A stretch of 64,000 nt of DNA from Botryllus schlosseri (lineage: Eukaryota). The notes under the pieces are model-generated. The model made no database searches and had not been told where the DNA came from. It saw only the letters and a program-made list of their open reading frames with translations. The stretch lies in assembly GCA_051294905.1 (NCBI GenBank), contig CM119371.1, positions 31,808,001-31,872,000 of the forward strand. Reading direction: 5' to 3'. This document shows positions 1 through 12,500 of the stretch, piece after piece. Numbering within the stretch: the first letter of the stretch is position 1; each line of letters starts with the position of its first letter. Both the position numbers and the translations under genes were made by a program.

Positions 1-461
1 GTTATGTTTAGGACACCGAACCTTTTGAGCAGTGATTTTTTGGACACACATCCTGGTTTCTTTGGAGCCCTGGCCCTGGAGGAACTGATGTTGTCGTTTT
101 GGCAGAGGCTTCAGTGCAGTTTTACTTGCAGCCCCCCAACAGATGATGCCGTATTGTAACTTCGATTGGAATAACGATTTAAAGAGTATCAGAAGGACAT
201 GTAATCTCTAAGGCTGCTATGTCACAGACTGATTTATTATGTGACGCGGCCCATTTTCAATAGACAATGACAAGACCATCTACTTTTTTCATGGGCATTA
301 TACCTGACATTTAATTGTGGATCTTTTAATCATCTATGTCAGGTAGTTTGCTGATAGAATCAACGCATAAATCATTGGTTTGAAATGAGTAAATACAGAT
401 TTACTGTATCACGTCTAAATCCGTATTTTCATTCAATAAGAAGCAATCTATCTTACTGCAG

Positions 462-586
462 ACCAACAGACAACGGCGGGAATCATAACTATTGCCGAAA
501 TCCCGACAACGACACGCAAGGAGTGTGGTGCTACACTAGAGATGCAAATGTGAGGTGGCAGTATTGCGACGTTCCACAGTGCGAAG
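462..586 (+). CDS. Exon: second half of kringle 1 ([33 protein letters not shown])
   Basis: ctgcag acceptor, G|gtaaag donor, kringle consensus. Confidence 0.92.
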
Positions 587-3500
587 GTAAAGTGTAGCAA
601 TAAAGACACACTCCTACGCACCTGCAAAATCTATCTATATATTCCATAATAAACGATCTATATAATTAAAGAGTTCGAATGATATTTATTCATGACAGAG
701 TAGAGGTCAGTGATTCCCAACCGTGCCTTTATGCTTGCCTTCGTGCGGCTCGCATTGACCCCTATAAATTTCACGAACGTATAATAGACACATGGTGCTT
801 GTTTATATAAATAGTTCCCGTCGATTTTTATATATCAGAGTTAAAGTAGCAGACAAGACTAGAATCAAACTCGTCACATACCGGATATATCTTGCGTTCT
901 ACTGATAATATATATTTGTAGATTGATTCGGTGAAGAGCATATTAAAATAATGGCTTATAGGCTAGGGTTACCTTACCATATTTTTGTTTCACAAATTTC
1001 GGGCGCTCTGCAGCGCCTACTAGCGGATTTCAAATTGAGGTGTGAGCACATTGTAGATCAATATGACGTCACACCAGAAACACTTTGTCCATCGATCCGG
1101 TTCAGGAGTATGTGGTTGTGTATTTTAAATTGTAACCAGGGCCGAAGCCAAATTTTTCAGCCCCCTCCCGCCCAAATAAACAGTCATTTTGGGCCCGCCG
1201 TATATGGGTTATTCGATGCAACTTCTGGGGGCTAACCATATCCATCTGGTCGTTAAATGATTTGAATGAATTTTTTCGATAATATTGGCTCTTCCATATA
1301 TTACTGTATAATTTTGATCCTCTCTCCGTCCACAGGATCAGAGTTATCGGTAGAGCTGGTGCAGGATGGTGACTTCGAAAATGCAAGAAGTGTAATTGTG
1401 CATCGTTAAATCATGTTCATGTCAGGCCGATAAGATTATTTATCAGCCTGATGAGCACTGCCGAGCTATATAAACACCGCACATCCGGTGGTTTCCAACC
1501 ATTTATCGTCGCGACTTCATTTCCAATTTGAAAATGTGCCTTGGCCCAGCTCAAAATTTGATGAGCTTATTACTAATTAAAGGTCGGCACATTTGCCCAG
1601 ATTTACTCACGGCCTAATTTGGAAGCTAATTACGTTCAACATCTTCACGAACCCCAGAATAAAGGCAAACTACCCCCAGGTTTAGAACCACCATCTTTTA
1701 ATAAAGCATCCAAGCAGCCTAAACCGACTCTATGAATATACCGTTATCTTGTAATTCCGATTACAATTAGACTTCTTTGTGTAAATGAATGTTATTTTTT
1801 TAATTATTTTTGATCGCAGTTTTTGCAAGGGTGGTAGTCTCCATCTTAATACCAATATATATGATACTAAATCGCGCGCAGCGCAAAGAAAAATATCATG
1901 TACCATAAATTTGTCCAAAAATAATCTTCTGTATGTTGATTTACGAAAAAATAATGAGCTAATTACTTCAAGCTTTCGAAATTCCGGACATTTAGGCATA
2001 TTTTAAAAATTCCTCCCGGACGCAAGTTTTAACAGTGAAGTTCTGGACATGTCCAGGAAATTCCGGACGTATGGCAACCCTATTATAGACAAGCATACAT
2101 TGCAATCCATCCGATATTACTCTGTTTATGTTCACCATCAACAATTTGCATCGGTTATTGCAGCATTGACAGATGCAGATTGGCGAGTGAATGAAACTGT
2201 AAATGCACACCATTACTACAATGTAAGATATGTGTCAATATGTGATACCTCTTCATTAGGGCTGTTCAAAAATAACTTTTTTTCTTGAATCTTGCTGGTT
2301 ACTTGATTAAATCGTTAGGTTGCCTTAAAAAACGACGCATACCAAATTTGAATTCATTCCGACAAATATTCGCGGGTTACGTAGAGTTTGAAAATTTTGG
2401 ATTTGCCCAAAAACGCAAAAAAAAATTTTTCTCCAATTTTTTTGCCAACCCCATGAAATTGTTGGGCTGTCTTCAAAAACTATGCAAAACAAATTTGACT
2501 CAATTCCAAGCCGTAGAAGCGGAGTTATTCCAGTTTTTCGGTGATAATTCTTGGATTATCCACCAATCAAGGATAATCCCAGAATTATCGAATAAAAACT
2601 GAAATAACTCCGGTTCTACAGCTTGGAATTGAGCCAAATTTGTTTTGCCTAGTTTTTGAAGACAGCCCAACAATTTCATGGGGTTGGCAAAAAAATTGGA
2701 GAAAAATTTTTTTTTGCGTTTTTGGGCAAATCCAAAATTTTCAAACTCTACGTAACCCGCGAATATTTGTCGGAATGAATTCAAATTTGGTATGCGTCGT
2801 TTTTTAAGGCAACCTAACGATTTAATCAAGTAACCAGCAAGATTCAGGAAAAAAAGTAATTTTTGAACAGCCCTACTCTTCATACACACATATAGACTCT
2901 TATGTTTCACCCAGATAACATGACTTCCGGGAAGGCTTCTGATTTTCACTATATTACCTATTTTTCATCATACCGTAGCGACGTTTGTGTAATGTCGATT
3001 ACACCTTATTCTGAACCTCTTAATTTCACCTAAGGTAGAAAGCGACAATCATCTCCAGCATTTTCCTGTCTTCTCAATTCACGATGCGTTTTGACCGTAC
3101 GCAATTACGAAGATAGGTTTGCTGGCCTAATTAATGAAGGAGTCTTTATCAGCGATTCTGCCACGGATTGATAAATATCGACCGTGAACAGTAGGCTATG
3201 CGGAAAGTTGCATGAGAGCATTGTGACAGCATTCATTTCAGGGAATTTGTGTTGTGATGTATTGCGCATGACGTAACGTCGACATAGCTACCAACCAATT
3301 CCGCGCTTCACACACTATGCCTCAGTGAAAATAAGTATCTAATTTGCACCGTTAAATAGTTGCAGAATCGCCTTGCATCGTGTGCAATGGGAGAGATTAC
3401 GAAGGAACCGTCAGCGTTACGCGAACAGGGAAAACTTGTCAACGATGGGATTCTGATACACCGCATTCGCATATGAACCATCCTGCAGCTAGACCAGGTT

Positions 3501-6500
3501 TGCGTTTTAGACACTGTGGTTTCGAACCGTCAATCATTCAATTATAGAGTGGGAAGTCATTTCGTGGTTAGCTGCTGCGCAACTACTTCCTTCGCTTCCT
3601 GAAATCTCATGATGTTACAGCACTGTATCGGTAATTATGCCCACAGATATTACTGGTCTTCTACTAAGAACAAGCCATTACAGTCGCGGTAAATCTACAA
3701 TCATACGGAATGGCGATGAGGTCGATATTCATCTTCATTAGTAGCTTCATACAGAAATTTAATATGTTATAATGATTTGAATAGTTATATAATAGCCATA
3801 GACTTTGATACTTTTATAAAAATTGCTTAATAATGATGATTCATAACCGAAATGAATATAATTCCCAAATAGAAGTAAAAATGTATTGCAGGAATACGAC
3901 CTTGCCATAAGTCAGTCAGTTGTACCATCTTGGATATAGCCCACATACATACACTTTTTTATATGAATGACTATAGTCATTCGCCATATATGACCAAGCC
4001 GCAGGTCTCGTCTATTTTCTATTAACTCACTATTGATTTCACTAGCACCACTCCGACATTTTACGTGGTTACAATTGATTATGAACCGTGGCATCAATTT
4101 TCGCAGGTGACAATTTGGCGGAGAACTACTGCCGGAATCCAGATGGTGACTTGAAGCCATGGTGCTATACAGTGGATGAAACGACGAGATGGGAGTATTG
4201 CGAATTCGATATGTAAGGAACATGCTGCAAATTAGGCCTTGGCGGAAAGAATTCTCGTAACACCGGCAAACAAGATATATGGATACTAACTACAGAGTAC
4301 AGCAGGGGTGGCCAACCTGCGGCCGCAGAAGGAAATTTGTGCAGCCGTCAACACGTTATTCAATTGTAGTATGTGTTAGCGGCCGTCGACATGCAAATTT
4401 AATTTACGAATTGACTAAAGAATTTTCGTGAGATTGAAATTAATCTTGAAATTTTCTTCGCGCTGCGCGCGATTCAATATGACTTCATTTTTCAGTTTTA
4501 ATATAGAATAGGGTTACCATATTTCAGCAACCCAAATTCCGGACAGTCTTGTGCGCCCACTAATGGATTTCAAAATGGGTTATGACGTCACTCCAGCAAA
4601 GCTTTGTTCATAGAACAGAGGTGGTCATGGTCCGGTTCAGGAGTAGCCTACGTGGCTGTGATTTTGAGCCCACACTATAGGGTAATCGATGTAACTTCTG
4701 GGGGGGGGGGGTTGCTTGCTGTGTGAATCTGGTTTCTATATGCATCTGCTCGTTGAATTATCTGAATTAATTCTGTCAATAATATTGGTCGTTCCATATA
4801 TCACTATATAGATACTACTCTCCGCCCACATGATCAGAGTTAGCGGTAGTGCTGGTGGAGGATGATGAGTTCGAAAATACTGGGAGCGTAATTGCATATC
4901 GTTAAGTCATTTTCATGTCATACCGATAAGATTGTTAATCAGCCTTATGCCGGTGCGCACCACAGACCTTTATAAACACCCCACATCCAGTGGTTTCCAA
5001 CCTTTTATGATCGCGACTCCGTCTCCAATTTGAAAAATGTCCCGTGGCCCAGATCAAAATTTTACGAGCTGATTACTAAAAGAAGTCGGCACCTTTGCCC
5101 ATACTTACTCACGGGCTATTTGGGAAGCTGATTACGTTCAACATCTTCGCTAACCCCAGAAAAAAGGCAAACGACCCCCCCCCCCCCCGTTAGGAACCAC
5201 TATCTTTGAATAAAGCATTTAAACGGTATTAACGATCTCTAGGAATAAATACCGTTTTCCTATAATTGCGATTACAATTTAGCTTATTCCAGTAAATGAA
5301 GGTCGTTTTTATTTAAAATTTATGGCAGTTTTTGCGAGGGTGGTAGTCTCCATATTAAAATCAATAAATGTGGTAGCAAATCGCGCACAGCGCGAAAAAA
5401 TATCATACATCAGCATAAATATTCCCAAACAATATTGTTTTTATGTTGATTTACGAAAATAAATTATGAGCCAACGTCAAAATTCCGGACATTTGGCATA
5501 TTTTAGAAATTCCTCCCGGACGCTACTTTGAACAGGGAAATTCCGGACATGTCCGGGAAATTCCGGACGTATGGCAACCCTAATATGGAAGCGCCCTTGC
5601 AATCTGAGCCCCACAGTAGACGCTAACAGCACAGTAAAATCATGCGCCCCATATAGAAAAACCAACTTGGAATGGTGTAGGCCTACTCCTCATGAAAGAA
5701 CTTTGTTTATGGTACGTTTGGAAGATCCTATACCTTTCCACTATCATGATGGAAGGTCAAGAAATAACACCGTGCATCAAAGTGACCAATGACAATTGGC
5801 CCAACCGAAGATGCATCATCATTTATACCTCAACCAAATTTTCGACAGCACCCCTTCCATCAACTTTACCTGTGAATCTGATCACATGCGCTGATAAAGG
5901 AATACATAGTTGATAGTAAAATGTGAAATTAGTAATAATAATGACTAAATTGATTCGTGAATCTGTGAAAATTTTCGCTCTTCGCGCGACCGTCACGGAT
6001 ATCGGTAACTATTCATAACATGACCACGACCGCTCGTGATTTCAGTGCGTATAGTAAGCCAATTGGAAAAAAGTAGATCAGTTCGTATTTCACCGGAAAT
6101 GGACATGAACAGTTTAACATAGGTATTTGGCGTCCAGTTAGTTCATTACGGCCATGTCAAAAAGGTTGGCCAACCCTGGTGTTACAGTATCATGCATTTC
6201 GACTGTCTTTAGTCAGAAATTACCATCGCCAACTATTTGTTGCGTTTACATGCAGGACTCCCAGCCTTGTGTCTCGCCGATACGTATGGGAACCATGCTC
6301 TGGTTAGCATTCCTATGGCGAAATCGAGTATACCTGACTGATTTGATTCCGAATCGATTATTTGAGTATCAATAAATCGATGTTATGGATAATATTGAAA
6401 GTTAAAATATGTATAATTGTATATTTCATGCTACTACAAAAAGATAAGGCCATTACTACTCCACCTACAGATGATTTACTATTTTACGACCGTACTTATT

Positions 6501-9500
6501 TCATTTCACTTTGTTATATAACTGCGGGTTGGTCACGATTTCACAAAAATGTCATTTCCACAAACGTGCTTCCCCACATTATGGATGATGTGATGCGAAT
6601 GATTGAGGTTGCAAGTCTTCCGCGCGGGACTGTATACAAGTCACAAGGTTTCAACTCAATATTTTATATCACTTTTACGGTTTTGAGTCGAGTCAAGTCG
6701 AGTCATTTTCAATTCACCGCCGAGTCAAGTCCGAGTCCGGGTTATTGAGCAAAGGGTCGTGTCCGAGTCATAGTGTTGTGACTCGAGTCCGAGTCCAAGT
6801 CATTGTTCACTGTTCAGATTTGTGTGAAAGTCATGTTCTGCCCGCTTTTTCAACTGTTCGGGGTATATACAATGCTTGGCATCCATAATACAGTAATTTT
6901 TTGCACCCTTAACAGTTTCTGGCCCTATTTCCAATTACCAGTAGCCTATACTGATTGACGAAATACAAATAATTTGCTAACTTTACTATTCTTCGAAGTT
7001 ATAATGTAAGGTGTGTGGCATGGGATGCATCAGTTCACTACTCGAAAAACCCGCCACACAATATACTCGACTACAATCACTACAATTCATATTCGAATCA
7101 TTTTGCGCGCGCTGCGTTAATATATGCTAGGCACTTCTGCTTCTGCCCCAAACGAAGTTGAAATTGACGTCACCTTTTACAGCTGCCGTGATGACAGTGG
7201 AAATCCAATCGTTCCCGAAATAAAGAATACAACTGCATGTTACGTGGGCAAAGGAAACAACTACAGGGGCAGAGTCAGTACGACGATATCCGGTCGGACA
7301 TGTATGTTATGGTCGAGTCAGACACCGCATGCCCAATCGAACACACCGGAAAACTATCCGTGCAGGTACATTAACAATGTACTGCCAATACTAGCAGAGT
7401 ACATTGTTGCACCAAATAACTTCAGAATTCGAAATGTCTCTTTCTTTCGCGATTTAAAGTCGAATTAATAATGATAGTCATTCTTATTGGATTGTTTATT
7501 GAAACTGTAAGTGGATGACGCAAAGTGTTTCAAAGGGTGTATATTAGTAAATATTTTTCTTGAAATCACCAGTCGCTATGCTGACAACTGTGTGCACTTC
7601 GACATCTACTTGTTGTATGCAACATTTTGCGTTTTGGATTGAGGGTATCCGGAGTAGGCCTCATCTATTGGTTCATTTTCTGACATCAACGAAATCATCT
7701 CCCTCCGCACGAATGCCATTGAAACAAATCTTGAGAAATCCAATTCCCAGTCTGCTTGTGTACCCTTGAGTTCATGCCGTTCCATGGACTTGAATATTAA
7801 ATGGTCGTTACCTTTAAAACATCGAATATTCACTTGTGGAAGTACAAACAGTAGACCATGTCTGAATAAGATCACATATACAATAATTGTCAAAGATACG
7901 TTGATCCGTCCCAAAATGTATCATCTCGCTTTCATATATCATATTCGCCACTATATACAGAGGTACGAGCATATAGTTGCAATGTGTCTATTATAACCGT
8001 GTTAGTTTTTTGATACTTGGATGCAGTCGAGCGATACCGATCGTTGTTCGGTTGCAAAGATATGCACTAATTTGGAATTAAAAATCATGGATTTGAATAT
8101 TTTGACTGAACTTGAATATACGATGCTTCGGAACTTGACTTAGATAAAGACAGAATTTCTTAACCTAATAATCGTGACGTTCGGTGTGACCTTTTAGTGG
8201 CTTGCTTTTCATTACTGAAATAGGGCTGGGATTCAAAACATGATTCCAAATCAATTCAGGATTTTAATTGGATCTTTGATGTAATCTCGAATCTGAAATA
8301 ATAAGTATTGAATACGTCGGTTATTCGTGAAGCATGTACTGCGCGTATCTATACTGCCTAATATTAGGGTTACCATACGTCATCTTTTATCAGATTTTTG
8401 AAAATTTCCTCCGAGGATGCCTAAATGTCTTCCTTTTTGAGATTTTGTCCTTTTTGTTGAAAATTTAGTTTATACATAGGGCAAAATTCGATTGAGATAC
8501 AGTAAATCAGCACTGAAGTAACGCTCCAGTGGCTATTTCTGGAGCTGAGCCGGTAGGTTGACCTTTTTTTTAGTCAACCAACTAATAATGTGAAAGAAAA
8601 ACCGTATTTTGGTCGCCGAGCGAGAAAGTCGACCCTTTATTAGTCAACCGACCTCGAAGTTGGAAAAATTTACCATTTTTTGAGGATTTCCCTCTGCTAT
8701 TCTCAGTTTCAAAATTTTGAAAAAGTGTCCTCCTTTCCCGATTCCAAATTATGATAACCCTACCTAATATAACAAACACTTAAGAGGCTCTTCAGAAATG
8801 GAAATTTGATATATCTCTGACCCACATACTCTTTACCGGGCGATTTTAGTCAAATATGTTTTTCTACAAATATTTAGCGGGCTTGATTTTAACTACTGTC
8901 GTAACCCGTCTTCGTCTTACGACGAGGGACCATGGTGCTACACGACCGACCCTACCATGCGATGGGAGAAGTGTGCAGTACCGAAATGCGGTCCGGACGG
9001 AAGACCTCAAACAACGACTACAACAACAACAACAACCACTGCGAGGACCACAAGACCACCGTCGCCTAGTAAGTCCTTTAGTTTGAAATTTGTAATTGAA
9101 AAAAAACTGATGCATTGCGGTACGCGTCTTCGTGAAATGATGCCCAGTTCTGAAATCACAATTACATGCGAAAACGCCAGTAGCCTACTCAAGTCATTAG
9201 ACCAGGGGTGGGAAAAGTACGGCCCGTTGCAGAAAATCCACGACAAACGTTATAAAAATGTCGAAAGTATTAGTAGTAAAATTCGAATTAATGCAACCCT
9301 GGTAAGGTGCCAAATAAATCTACAGAATTAATAAATTGTTCGAAACAATAGTAAATTATGTTGCTGTCGTCTTCACAAAAGAATGCACTGGCAAGTTAAA
9401 CTCACTGTGCACACTGTGTGTTCTGAAGCTAAACCAAAATAAGCAATCGCTGTTCACACATTCATATTTCCATCCTGTTCTAAGAATTGACACAACCTAC

Positions 9501-12500
9501 ACCTTCATCCCCATAGAACAAATAGGTTATTGAGCAGGGGCGGGCAACTTCTCCAGTCGGCGGGCCGGATATGGGAAAATGAAGCACTTGGCGGGCCGGA
9601 TTACGGAATATATACATTATACCTCAATCGCGTATTTATCCACCTATACCAGGAATCCATTTTATTTAATGTAAACTTCAAGTTTAAAGCATATAGTCAG
9701 AACAGTATTTACTGAATATATTTACAACAGCTATTGAAGTCAATCAGAGATCTGTGATCGTTTAATATTGTCAATTAGTTTTTTGAACTCTGGTTGCATG
9801 TCGTATGTGGAACACTGAAACACTGAAAGACTGATCGCGAACATCAGTTATATTGGAACGCGACCTTCCTCGTTAATGTTCGTGGCATTGTAGGGATCAA
9901 GTCACTACCATCGAGTCACAAGTCATCTCGAGTCATTGCACATTTTGACTCGAGTCAATTCAAGTCAAGTCACTTGATTTTCAAAGGTGACTCGGGTCAA
10001 GTCAAGTCAAGTCACTCTATATTTGGAGGTGACTCTAGGCAAGTCAAGTCAAGTCAAGTCGAGTCACGAGTCAAGTCACGAGTCAAGTCACGAGTCAAGT
10101 CACTAGTCAAGTCAAGTAGAAATTTCAAAGTACTAGACATGATTCGAAGTCATTACATTTTGCTGTTTTAAATACAGATGAAGTACCCATTTATTCGGAA
10201 TCGACGAACCAATAAACAGTTTGTTTGTTTGTTTTGAGATATTCATGGTGTTTGTCGACTACTACGGTCATTTACACCAGGGCCAATATTCTTCATATTT
10301 ATTCCTCAACTTGCCGACTCGCACGGCCCATTTCTAGGCTTTGCGTAAGACACCGCTTATACGCGGATTAAGTAGCGACGAGTAATGGAATGAAGAGTTG
10401 ATTTTACTCGCGAAAGGCGCTATATCGCTCACGCATACGCAGAACTGCTCAACTACGGAAGTATAGCAGTGTAGCCTCAGTCTTTAAATTTCAGCCAAAA
10501 CACAAGATAACATACAAAACCTCAGAATGTTTAAAAATGATCTAGTTCAATAAGCTACCCACCTACCTATCCACGATATATAATTATAAACGTATGGGCG
10601 ATATTCGTTTGATTTAAATTATATACAAGAGGGTTGGTTGGGGTGAGCAAGTTTACGACAACGTAAGCTGTTATATATAAGCTCCGATCAGTGTTGTTGG
10701 CGATCAATTTATTTGTGATATAACAATAGAGGCTCGGCGAACTTATGCAAGATACAGCGATCTAGCCAACATCAATTACTTGATGACTTTAAATTTACTC
10801 GTAAATTTTTCTTCGATACGAGTCAATCTGCATTTCTGAAGTGTCGAGTCAAGTCAAGTCATCTTTTCAAGGTGACGCGAGTCAAGTCAAGTCATACGAA
10901 AAAGGTTACTCGAGTCATCCCAACACTGGTTCATGGTAGAAAATGTAAGTAGACCGGAACCGAGCAAGTAATTTAATGTCCATCTTTCCCAGGTTCGCAA
11001 ACTTGGATTCATTCTATGACGCATAAAATTTGTCAATACATTCACAATAAAATTTCACTTTCAGAGTAAAAACTCTCGGCGGGTCGTACAAAATCCCTTC
11101 GCGGGCCGTATGTTGCCCGCCCCTGTTATTGAGGATGGCTAACTTATAGAATCTCGTTAATGTTTTTGACGCGTGTGCGTTTTCATATATAATATATATT
11201 TATAATCACCAGGTTTTCGGTTGCAATATAATTAAAGAAAAGATATCGTTTCGGCTTCCCCTGCGGATTTTACTATATTGTAGGGTCACCATACGCCCGA
11301 AATTCCCGAACAGGTCCTGAATTTCACTGTTTAAACTGCGTCCGGGAATGCTTGAAAGCGGGAATGCTAAAATACGCTTAAATGTCCGGAATTTTGGAGT
11401 CTTGACGGGAGCTCGAATTTGTTTCGTAAATAAGCAGGAACAATATATTATTTTAGGGATGATTTATATGCTACTTGTACTTTTTCGTCACGCTGCGCGC
11501 AATTTAGTTTGACATATATTAATTTTAATATGGGTACCCCCGTCCTCGCAAAAACTACAATCAAAAGGAAATTAAAATCTCCATAATATACTGTAATATG
11601 AATAGTAATCTCAGTTGTAAGAGAACGGTATATTACTAGTGTTCGTAAGGCCATTTGAGGCTTTAGTCAAAGATAGTGGTTCTCAACGTGGTGTCGTTTG
11701 CCCTTTTTTGGAGATCGCGAAGATGTTGAACGTAATGAGATTCCAACATAGACCGTAATTCCGGGCAAAGGTGCTGACCTTTTTTTAGGAATAAGATTAC
11801 CAAATTCTGATTCGGGCCATGGAAGATCGGAAATTGAGTCGCGACCATGAAAGGTTGGAAACCACCGAATGTGCAACCTGCTGGTTGCGGGCCGGCATTG
11901 CGGCTCATGAATAGTCTCATCCGTGTGATATGAACATGATTTAGCGATGTGCAATAAAGTTTCCTGTATTTTGATGTCATCACCTCCACCAGCTATATCG
12001 CTAACTCTGATCACGTGGGCTGAGTGAGGATAACATTTTGTAGTGATGTATGGAACAACCAATATTATTGACAGAATTCATTTACAAAAGTTAACAAACC
12101 AGGTGAGAAACCAGATGCATGTAGTAAGCGTCCCGGAAGTTATATTGATCTCCTTATAGTGGGCCCCAGGCCAGTATTTTAATGGGCTGAAAAGTGTCGT
12201 TTCGGTCCTGGCTACATCACACAACCACTTTCTGCACCGACCTAACAGTATATCAGGGCTGTCAAACACACTACCGGTGGGCCAGAGAATTTCATCCGCC
12301 TGTTGCAGACCAAATGAGAATACCGACCCTAGCAATCACTAGAACTCAATTATAGAGATGGCCCAGTAGTAACTCGCGAACTAGTAGTAGTTTGTTTGTT
12401 TGTTTTGGGGTATTCATGGTGTTTGTCGACTGCTGTGGTCATTTACACCAGGCCGATATTCTTCTTATATTCCATAACTGCCGACTTATAGCACGGCCCA

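Larger units (their letters stand above)
9535..11125. mobile_element. hAT MITE (CAGGGGCGGGCAAC TIR) with nested insertions
   Basis: Perfect TSD TTATTGAG; same family as 43404-44980 in opposite orientation. Confidence 0.9.

Noticed and set aside
2285..2949. Mirror-image ORFs of 105 and 149 aa
   Set aside because: By-products of the foldback MITE; no domain signal.
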